Shown here piece after piece: positions 47,101 through 59,100 of a stretch of DNA of 64,000 bases. The stretch covers positions 24,304,001 through 24,368,000 of the forward strand of contig CM074522.1 in assembly GCA_037379345.1 (NCBI GenBank), given 5' to 3'. The DNA is from Perna viridis (Eukaryota). Position 1 is the stretch's first letter, and each line of letters starts with the position of its first letter. The notes under the pieces are model-generated. The model was given only the letters and a program-made list of their open reading frames with translations. It was not told the origin of the DNA and searched no databases. Both the position numbers and the translations under genes were made by a program.

Positions 47101-50100
47101 CAATGATAGAGGAGATTCAAGGTAAAACATAAATCAAAGAAATAAAAATGACCGCTCTTGCCGAGTGTCAATTTCATATGCAATATATAAATAGTAATTA
47201 AACAATAACGAACAACCAAAGGACAAGCTTAGACTTCTAATGTGGGCTATATAATTTTTGAACTACAGTCAAACCTCGGTAGCTCGAACTCCAAGGGACC
47301 ATTGAAATGTGTTCGAGTTATCGGGAGTTCGAGAAATTGAAGTTCGTATATTTTCCGGATTTTCGGTGCCGGTCCGAGTTCGACTTTATCGTTAGAAATT
47401 GCCTACTTCTTACGAAGTTGTGTTAGTTCGTGGATCTTTTCCGTTCGCGTTTGGAAGATTATGATGATTTGTGAACATTAAAAATGCTGTGTTCGCTTTT
47501 AAAAACGTTCAGAGTTCGAGTTCCTTGGTCAATAATTTGTTTTCATCCGATTTTCTTTCATGCATTTATCATACCAACATTCTCGAACTTCAATCAGTGT
47601 TATGTGAAAGATCAAAACTATCTAATTAGTGATGACTTAAATTTTACCTGTAATTAACTAAAATGACACTGATTAATGGTAGGGTTTCAGTTTTTCACCC
47701 CTTTTATTACCCAAGCTGACAAAATTGCTGACGAGTTCGAGTTAGTGAGGGTTATTCTCTAAGATATATTACCGAACGGACCGACTAGTCAGTTCGAGTG
47801 TTCGAAAAATCCAAGGTTCTTTATACTGATTATATAGAAGAAAATTTTGGTACTTTGAATTGCGTTCGAGAAATCCCGGGTGTTCGAGCGAGTGAAGTTC
47901 GACTGTATAAAATAAAATGAATTTTGTTAAAATTTTAAACAGACACGAATCATTCATAGCTGATCTTTATAAAAACTGATACTTAAAGTGCGTTTATACA
48001 ATTTTTGAGTTCGAAAGTTTAATCATTGAAGTTGATTAAACCTAGTATACCCAATCGTGGTTTCTACTGTAATGAGATTAATCTATGATAAGGTGAAGGC
48101 AAATGGTGCAACAAACGTCTTACTACTTTACCAATCATGTCAAATATGCTTACATCAAAGTGTTCCTTTTTTGGTTATATATAATTGCATATTAAATTGG
48201 ATATCTCAAATATGTCATACGTTTAATAATATCGTTTGGTTAGATCCTGCAATCTCAATTTCAATCTCTTATCTTTCTAGATTGAAGTCATCACTACAGA
48301 AGTTTTATGGTCGTCGTCATGAACTCGTGGATCGTTATGGTGTATCCATCTGCACCATGAAAACTGATTTATTCAACGGGCCATAGTTTTCATTTTCTCG
48401 TTTGTCTACCCCGGACTTGACTTCTAATGAGCAACTCGGCGAGTGTTTCTAGAAAAGCAGAGGATGCTTACCCTGCCGGTGCACCTGGTCCATGCTCCAA
48501 TTTTTAGTGGAGTCCGAGTTGCTCATTTGCTTTTGTTACTTTGTATGTATGATGTTAGTTACTTTATGTTCTTTGTTGTCTATGTCTGGTCTTTGTCCCT
48601 AGATTACATTCTTTTGATAACCGCTATAACCTTGGTTCCCTTGATTACTCTTTAAACACAGCTAGTTTATTTGAGGTAAAAGTCAGGCAGTGGATGAGAC
48701 ATGGTGCAAGGAAACCATCATTTTGAAAGTATAATTAGATAATTTGCATTAAATCACATTCAAGGAAATAGGAGATCATTTTCCATATAATTTTTGTAAA
48801 TTGAGTTATAATTTCATTGAAATTCACTGAAAATGAACATCTCAAGAGCAGATAACGCTGTCGAAACCCGCATTTTTCTTGCATCCTTTTTAATGTTTTC
48901 TGAGCAAATCCAGTGATACAGATATAAAAAAAATGCTCTTTTCAAATAGAGAGAGCAACCTTGATTGAAATTATATTGTCAGTGGGGTTAGGATATGCAA
49001 TATTACCCATTTTCCCCGATTCCTACAAAAACTAACATTTAAGGCATTTAAATTAATAATCCTTCCTATTAATTGCATTCATTGAAAAAGATATTTGTAC
49101 ACAGTCTGGATTTTATTGCCGATAAGTAGTAAAATTTGTCTATACCGAACCCGGAATAATCTGAATACCTGTGTAAAGGTAACACTTTATAAAGTATCCT
49201 TAACATAACATTTTGTAGGTTTAAACTGGTCTGGAGATGTCACGTCAGTTAACTGCTAGTAGTTCTTAATTTGTACATTTGTGTAATTCATACCCAGTTT
49301 CTTTATTGCCGTTGTAGCAAGGGACTTAACCCATAAAACTGATTTTTAAGTGTGTTTAATTGTGTAATATTTTTCCCACAGTGGCCAGAGTTTAAGCGGG
49401 GAGGGTTGTGATCACGCCAAAGTATCTAACTCCATCGCCTTTTTTGCGCCTGTCCCAAATCAGAAATGTCTGGCTTCTTTTTGTCTTGTTTCGTTTTTAC
49501 CTTGTGTAAAATGGGTAAACGAGATGCTACCGATTGAAATATTTCCGGATTTATCACATTTCTCTTCCTAACTGGTTTTGATTTTAAACGTTACAAAGTT
49601 ATACTTCGGCAAAAAAATTAAAAATGAAGAAAGCAGCAGAGTCTTGTCAAAAGATGAATTCCTTTTTCCGTAAACGAATAGCTATTCTAGATAATACATG
49701 TAGTGACAATGTCCATTCAGATGATCAGGCTACGGAGCCAGTAGTGGCATCCACTGAAATTTCAGACAAATCAATGCCAAGTTACAGTGATAGTTGTTCA
49801 TCCAGCCAGTCCTCTATCAAAAGCTCGAAAAGAAATGGCCTTTCTTATCATGATATTGGTGATATATCGAGCAAAGATATGACCCGGGACAATAATATCA
49901 AAATGCTTATGCCGATGATTAGCTAGGAAAGTGTAGACAATTTCTCTTTCCCTACTAGGTATGTACCATTTTCTATCATTGATCTAAAATAAATGACCGG
50001 CCATTATTTAAACTGTCACAACCCGTAGGGAAAAGACAAATTCGAGGCAAGACCAAATAAAATAGAGTCATCAAGGATATGCCGGAGGTTATCAAAATTA

Positions 50101-53100
50101 AGTCACACAAGACACGTGTTTCGGACCCACGAGGTGGGGAGGGGGGTTAACTTAACTGGTAAAAGGGTACAGGTGTGCAGCCCCAAAAACATTTAGCCAT
50201 CCCATTCATATATTCTGACAACCAAAAAGCGACACCCATTCATATATATGAAATGAATATAAGTAACCCATATATATATATATCAATGGTGTTTATCAGT
50301 ATCTACCTATCACAGCAGGATGCTGATCAAAACATGTTACATTGTACATGTATCTAAAGACATTATCAGTCAAGTGTTAATTTTTATTTACTTTGATGAC
50401 TTTAAGGATGATTCAATTGATGTCAAATCATGTGTAAACATATAGGCTATAGTTACTAAATTTTAACCCCAATCATATATACCGCAATTAAATTCCTACC
50501 ATTTTCATATATTACTAATCATGACAAGTTGACAGATGTGGACTGCACATCTGTACCTACCCATTGTACTTAAGTTACCCCCCACCCCTCCGTGTTCAGA
50601 CCTAAAGTCTCATCAGCTACGTTTATCAAAAATTTAGTCAAATCAGTTAAAAATAGTCGCAATCGAGGAGAAGTAAAATTTCAACAAAAATACACTGACT
50701 TGGGGAAAATCAAATTTCATATCTGAAACATATTAAAAATAGAAATCAACTCTAAATTGTCCATCATCGACCATATAAATTATATGTACAGTGGAAGTTT
50801 AACCCCCAAAACCCTCAGACAAAACTAATTTGATGTACCACCGTCAACACCCCTTACAACGGGGCGACAGCGGAATCGAGCAAATCCAGCAATCTCTGAT
50901 ATTCGCGACTACTGGCGGGTTACAAAGTATTACGCATTCTTAGACCATCTACTAAGTGAATTGATAGATCGATTGGTAAAATTTGAAGACAGATTTTTTG
51001 CCCAGAAACTGATCCCCAAAAATCTAAATGCGCATATATCGTTAAAACCGACCTATCTGAAAACCATTATGGTCGCGAAATCCAGAGATGGATTGCTCGA
51101 TGGGAAAGATTTCCCTCGGAGAAAATAAGTCAGATCTGTGAGACATTAGAAATGACAAACAAAGATCTATATCCCAATGTGAAAGGTTAAAGCCTTGAGC
51201 GGCCCCAAACCGCCTGCCGTAAGGCTTTACGTTCCTTCCCTAGGTTCTGTGTGCACAGCACACAGAATCTAGCTACGCCACCGGAGATAAATAAACACCT
51301 GTAACATTTTTACCAATTTTTAAGTCTTATAGAGTTCGGATGAGACAGAGTTTACTGTACTCAAGGAAAAAGAAACTAAAACGCCTGTACCTGACAGTAA
51401 TGTGCAACCATAAAGAAAACAAATTCTATTCATTATAAACGGAATTCAGATGTAACACGCTTTCTGATTGGATAAAACAAATTATCCATTATCTCATAGA
51501 CCAAATTTTGTTATATGACTGTGCCATTTATCATTTTATTTTTGTTTTGATAATTTACTCGTTAAATGTTGATACTAACACTAAATTACAAGTATTGTTA
51601 TATTTTTGGTCTATTTGAAATAACCCCAAATGCCCGTGGTGCACACTTAAAAATACTATGCCACGTAAGTTATTTAGTACGCACCACGTGATTGAGGTTA
51701 TTTCGTCATAGATCTAAAACATATAAAAGTTATTCCATAAATGTGAAATGAATCTTTTCCATTTTAGTGGCAAAAAGTGAATGATGACGGTGATGCAAAA
51801 ATTATAAGAGAAAATAAGAAATATTCAATGAAAAACAGATATTTCAATGCATACTGGAATTATGTTTTTTTAAGTAAACTATTGATCCGACGAACGGAAA
51901 CCAACGATAGTGGATATTACAGATGTCGGGCGTCAGTATCAACAAATAATACAGACCTTGTCAGATATTTTTACATCAACGTTAATCGTAGGTTTTTCTT
52001 TTTTTTGCATGGAAACTATTGTTTTTAAGAAACGTTTTGTAATTTAAAACTTAAAGAAAAAGAGAACAAAACCATAAACCTACAAAAAAGGGTTCACATC
52101 TCAGCGATGTGTTTATATTAACAAATGATAACACAAGCTTGCAATTGAAATTACAATCGCTTATTTACATACACAGAACTATTAATTATACACATCCGAT
52201 TACATATCAAATTATAAAGTTAATCTATCTTTAACGAATAACTAGACACCATTCGTAAACCAATTCGCCTTGTGTCCAAGAGTGTGGAAGGTAATGGACT
52301 GATTCAAGTTCTTCATAAACAACATTGGGGAGGATTGTGCGATCTTGGATTTACAAATATTGAAGCCACGATAGCATGTAGGTCCTTGGGATATGTGTAA
52401 GTACTAAATAAGTTTTCTCAAGTTTTGAAATACTTAAAGAGTTCGTGAAGCACAGTAAATTTTAACACAGTTTTGTTAAAACGTTATGCTCTATTTTAGT
52501 AACAGGCACAAATACTTCAAATTGTTCTTTTATATTGCCATTTAATTGTGAGATATTGTTCATGTCAGTGTCAGACAAAAATGATTCAAGTGTATTAAAC
52601 GAGTGGAAACAAGGAGGTCAAAACAAGGTGATACAAGTGATAAATAGAACAGGCGTAAGTGGAAACAAGACAACTCAGATACTTAGAATACTTAGGCTCA
52701 ATGGGTATTTCAGTTACTATTGAGTGCATATTTTACAGCGATTTTGTCATTTAAGGAGGTAGACCCAGGTAAAGGGACATACTTATTAAAATCAGTGATA
52801 TGTTTGTTCAAGCTTGTCAGTCTTTCACTTGAAACAAAGTGTAATCAATCCAGGGTACTTTGATGCTTACATGAGATTGATGTAAAATGCGGAATACAAA
52901 CGTCGAATGATTTGCAAGACTTATGTCCGTCCACCTAGGTCTACTTTCTTACGTAAAAATTTGGGATATGTTTTTTTTTGCAATTTCATAGTTAGCATTC
53001 GTTAATACCAGTTTAAACTCTAGGAAATTAATGCGAATAGCATATTTTGCATTAAATACTGTTATGTGTCTTTGCCTTTGTAAGAATCAGACAGTGGGTG

Positions 53101-56100
53101 AAACCTGGTATGAAAAAACCACCATTTTGTTAGTGTAATTTGACTACTTGCACAATTAGTATTAAGGAAAAAACAAGATTTTCCATATCATCGTGGTGCT
53201 TTGTGATATAATTTCATTTAATTGCACTGTAAATTAAAATTTAAAGGACAGATAACTCTGTCAAAAACCTCTTTTTTTCTAACATTTTATTAAAAAAAAT
53301 ATGGAAGTAAATCCAATGATGTAGAGATCAAATAATGGCCTTTTCAAATAGAAAAAGCATCCTTGAGTGAAAATATATTGTCAGATCGGTGTAGTTTTGA
53401 CATGCATGTTTCTAATTTTGCCAACTATGCCTGATTTTTACAAATACTTACACTTAATTGGCACAATCAGCTAATCATTTTGAGAAATATCCTAAAATCA
53501 ACATCGACATATTATTAATTGTGACATGTAGCGGTATTGTAGTTATTTTAATTTTGTGACTCCTTCAGGACGTTTACCCTCGCCCCATGCTCCCAGTTTA
53601 TAGTGCAGTCTGAGTTGCTCATTTACTTTTGTTGTGTACGTCTGCTTTATATGTCTGGCCTTTGAATCTGTATAACATTCTTTTGATTTTCGCTAGAATC
53701 ATGGTCACTTGCTTACTATTTGTCCTATAATTGTTTATCCATAGGTAGTCAATTGGCCGATATAGGTAATAGATGATGGTATGGACCTATGACTATCTTA
53801 TATTTGCTCCTACATTATTCATATATTTATTGTATTTTGATTAACAAAGTTCATATTCTGGAAAACACAATTTAATTTGAAATATTAATCATGGGAAGGA
53901 GAGATGATTCTATTGTTAAGTCATTTTTGAAATGTATGATATGGGTGTATGTTTGAAGTATGTAAATATGTTTACGTATCTTTTAAAAAGTTATTTATTA
54001 TTTTAGATCAAAAATTATGTTTTTGGCATTATTCCCATAGTTGAAAAGATATCTTTTTATTTGTTATGATTTCTGTCGCAAACAAATCATTTTTTTCTAT
54101 TTCCTAAAAAATCCAAATTATTCAGAAATATGGTACTGTTTTCGGAATAACTTTGCTTAAAAAAGGTAATAATGATATTTCATTTTTCATACTCATAGAT
54201 TAAATATTGAAATAATATGTATTTCAGACACGGTGGGTCCGTCCGTCGTTTTAAGTTTAGCAAGCACTTTGACTCGAAGAAGAGTCGTGTTTGGACCAGA
54301 GATATCAACTGTCCATTACACGCCTTAGATTTAAGCACATGTTCCGGATGGGGAGATTTCATCGGGTGTAATTCATGGCTTAATGGCCCTGCTATTATTG
54401 TATGCAGAGCAAAACCGTTGAAAGGTAAGTTGTTATTGAAACTACGCAGTTGGATATGTAATGGTGGTTTTTATAATAGGGTTTTAGGATCTCACGCCAA
54501 AATGAAAAAAAATATCTTAGGTATCTTATTACTGACGGTAAGGGTGTAGTTTTTGTTGCTCATATAATTGCATAAAATTCAGTTAAATCAACAAGTTTGA
54601 ATAAAAACCATAGGCATAGTAACTGTAAACCCCGCCACCAGTTTCTACTGCTTCTTTATTGTAAAAATAATTGATATAGTGAGAACTACGGATGCCTATG
54701 CGCAATTGAATGCAACATCTTTTATATTGTAAATGCATTTATTTTCAGTATAATAATTATGACGTTTTTTGCTGTGATAAATTTGCGCGACAAATATTAA
54801 TAAAAAAAATGATTAACACCATGAATCTCCAATCAGTTCATAAAGCCATCAAAATTGATACCCTTTAAAATTTTACTTGGAATAAATTCGTGACATTATA
54901 TTCGTTTACCAGAAATGTAGCAATGACTTATATGACGTCGATCGGATTTAGTAAGACATGTCTAAAACACATATCTATTTGACTGTAGAATTTATACATT
55001 AAACAAAAAGAATGAAAATTGTCGAGTTAGGAGGTTTTTTGGTGTTAATTCTGAGTTTGGTTTAGACAGGTTTCAATGTGATTTCTTTCAGGTCCCAGAC
55101 TTCTTGTATAAACAAAACTGTTTTTCTATCTCATTTTCTTTCAGTTTATAATGATATGGCAGTAACTCTACCAGGAAACCTGTCAGAGGGAATTGTTCAA
55201 GTTACTAAGAATGGATTTATGGGGACTGTTTGTGCAGATTCAATCTATGGGAAAGAAGTTGATGCAATTTGCAAAATGATTGGATTCGGGTAAATATGAT
55301 CACAGTTTTTCAGATCTATGGAAATAAATATTCGTTTACATCTGAATGTCTGCATTACTTCTTGATCTATACACCGTAAAGTGTTTTCATTGTCTTTTAC
55401 TCGCAGTTACTGCGTTCAATCTATTTTTCATCAATTTTAATTAGCGATTGCTCCGTTAATAAATTACATTTTATTTATTTAAAAAAAATATATATTCGCG
55501 AATATTTAATTTTGTCGCCACATTTTTTACGGTTTACCGTATACATGTACGCAGCTTGATTTTTCTGTCATGAAGCATTTTTGTTTCTGTTCAAGCTGTT
55601 CATAAGTGATAAAATTGAAAACAAACCATCTTTGGGATATTTTATCATGATAGAAAAAGAACAGAACTGGTGAAACGTATAAAATGCACCAGCGTATGGC
55701 TTAAATTCAAAATAGTATATACTTTCAGAGATTACAAAACGTTCTTCAATAAGTATAAACAAACCTTAGAGAACGCTCTGGAAGGCCCCCAACAACAATC
55801 AACAATATGATAAATGAAACATTTCTGACCTTTGACAGTCAATTAAATTTGCCTGGTGGGGTTACACTACTTTCATAAGGCTATAACCACCCCCGTTTAT
55901 TGTTAGGTGAAAATGAACCGAAACGACTACTAAACACACCTTGAAATTTATTCAATGATTCATCCAATTCTGCCCTTGAAATAATGTAGGTCAACATAAA
56001 CCATATAAACAAATGATATATCCATTTAACGAACGATCGCAGTTACTGAAATCTAGCTCAGAATATAATAAAGAATAAAAATGCCGTCAAAACTACCAGT

Positions 56101-59100
56101 CTAAGAAATAATCACTCACTACAACTGCAGTGGGCTGATTTTTGAGAAATACCGTTGCAGTAATAAAAAAATATCGTATTTGTTACGTAAGGATGCAATA
56201 AGGGGTCAAATATCCCTATCATTGAAAACAAGGTTCAAAGAATTACAATAATTTGAAAATCATATCCTTTACAAATCAATATATTCAGGGCGGGCGATAA
56301 ACCCATCCGAATTTGTTTGATAGAATGTGTTTTATAGACTATAATTCCCCCAAAAACTGGATTTGCAATATGATTTTAAATTAAGAACTTGCAAGTGCTG
56401 TTATATTTTGGTATCAAGGTAATGTAACGTTAAAAAAGTTGGTTTATGTTTTTAGAAGTTGAGATATCGATGCCTCAGTATCAGTTATCATTAAGGAATT
56501 CATTGCGATCATTTTGAAGATTTTTCTTTATACAAATAACATCTGCAGTTGAGGACGGTATACTACATTACCACACGAAGGAAGAACCTTGCTCTAAAGA
56601 CAAAGTCGAGGAAGATTTTCTTTTTTGAATGTGTTTATCTGGTATCCATCTCCAAGTGCAGGTAGTATTTGTTATATAATACTGAATATCTTTAAAATCA
56701 TGTTTGGATATGCGTAAATTACTAATGTAATTTTTAATTACGTCTAAACAAGTTATCGATTGATGTTTTGTGTTTGGTGGAATTATAAAACGTGGATATC
56801 GTAACGGAAATAGCAAGGCAAATTTCCGGTTGAAACGGGTGGAATCCTTGACGGAAGGATGGTATTATTTAAGAAATTATGGTTTTATTTGGGGTGGATT
56901 CTTTTATGATCAATGAAAAGTGAAGATCTTTTTGTATAATGTTAAAAATATATGATACTCTTGTTTCAACGTTGAAATGTATTTCAACGACCATGTTCAG
57001 TTCACTATTGAAGTGTCCAGATAAAGTGAGGAACATGTAAATAATTTAAAAAGCAGAAACAAACACTTACAAGTACATTTCCGGGTTATACTCAATCTTG
57101 GATGACTCTAACCTCGAATAACTCGAACATTTTGCCAGTTCCCTTCGACTTTGACCTAACAAAGTATGATTGTAGTTCATTTATGATGAAATTGGGTACA
57201 GGCATATCAATTTATAAATGTATTTGACCACACTGTTTCTTAACTGCAAACACAGGTTGACCTTGTTCATATGGTTGGATCTATCCACCGCTAGTAAATG
57301 TAACTACATTGTTTTATTTATGTTTTAAATATTTCAAAAGTTTGTTACTGTACCACTTCGTTAAAGATTTGATCAAATCGTTACTCTCATTAGATTAAAA
57401 AAAGAGAATGTGCTGTAATAAAATACTCTTGGTTATTTATTGAGCATGGACTTTTTACAGGTTTGGTGGGTATAAGTACAAGCCACCAGCATCTGTATGG
57501 TTTCGGTACATTTCGATGAAACAAATTCTCCAGAATTTAACTTGCCCAGGGGATGCTTATAGACTTAATGATTGTACCCATGCAGGTTGGGGAAAAGAAT
57601 GCGAAGGGTGCAAATGTAGAAACCAACATCCACTCGCGTTAAAATGTTGGCTTCCTAATGAAAAAGGTAAATATATATATATATATAGAAAGGTCTGAAA
57701 AATTCCCAACGATGTTAGAACTGTCAAATTTGCGATGCAAATTTTTGGTCGTTCCCTCCGCGGGACTCGAACTCGTACTGCTGTGACATCTATGGCAACA
57801 CCGCCTGCACAAAGTCCAGCGCCCCTAGACCACTCGGCCAGCTAGGCTATATAAAAATATAGCGTTCGCTGGCCGGGTCATTCCTCCTCGTAGGATTAAT
57901 CTAGGGCTGTAACTTAGTACACTGTGTATGGTGGTACGGGACAGTTCATTTAGATGTTAATATGTAGGATAGAGGATCAAATTAATGATGCATTTCACAA
58001 CAAATCAATATTATACAACGTCTCAGAATGTGACGACTCTATTTGCTACACTGCTCCATCGGATCAAATTGATACAGGGAAGATTTGTAAACGTATAGAA
58101 AGGTCTGAAAAAGACTCAACGATGTTAGAACTGTAAAATTTCTGAAGATTCTGAATATTGTTTTATGTAAACACATGTTTTGTGATGATTTTTAGCATTG
58201 TGTAAAAATATCAACTAAAAATATTAACAAACACTATAATGATAAGAAACTATATGAAAAGAATGACCTTAATGTTTTTTTTTTAATTTATTCCGTGTGA
58301 ATATAAGCACGGAGTTGTTTTATCCAACATCCTTCCCGCTTCACTTTCCTTTGATCGCTCCAGATTGTGTTTTGTTCCACGATTAGAATTTTCATTTTGT
58401 TGAAATCATCGAGGCAATGTTTTGGCAATCTGAAGTGTTGACTCACAGGGAGTAAAGACTTTTTTGTTAGGTCGCTCAAGTGTCCGTTCAAGCGTTGCGA
58501 AAAGGCTGTTTAGATTCACCAACATAATGAAAGCCACAGATTGGACAGTGGCGCAAATATATCACAATAGCACTGTTGCAGTGCACGTTACAAAATATTT
58601 TGTAGTGTTTCCCCGTGACCGTTCTGGTGAATAATGACGAGTGGTGCATTTGTTTGCATCATTTACACCATTTGTTACCACAACAGCGACTCTCGCCTGG
58701 AGTCAAGGTTGGGTTTAGATATTTCAGCCCTTACAAGCAGACTACGCAAACTGTCTGGCTGTCTGAAAGCTGTATGATAGGTGGTTCTGGAAAGACTTTT
58801 TTTCGACAGAGGCTCAGTGCTCACGAGTGATATTGTGGCTGTTTTTAAGGCAAGGGTGATATGTTTGTGTTGTACTTTTTACACTTTTTCTTTGCCTTGT
58901 ACTGTAACAGGGTACTCCTTGTGATATTGTTATTCTTTGGAACTCTTCTTTAATGGTCTTGTATCGATATCCCCTTTTTCCTTTATCATTGGAACAAATT
59001 CACCTTAGCCTAAGGCTTGACTAAATGATATACTTTTAGTCAGGTGAGAGGGATAACAGCTATTAGGCATATATTTCATATCTCGCTTATATCAGATACA

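Noticed and set aside
48443-48655. Recurrent hydrophobic small ORFs (…HLLLLLCMYD…; also 19260, 30488, 33436, 42112, 62331)
   Set aside because: Translations of the T-rich 3' region of family A; frames and stops differ between copies, so not a conserved peptide family.
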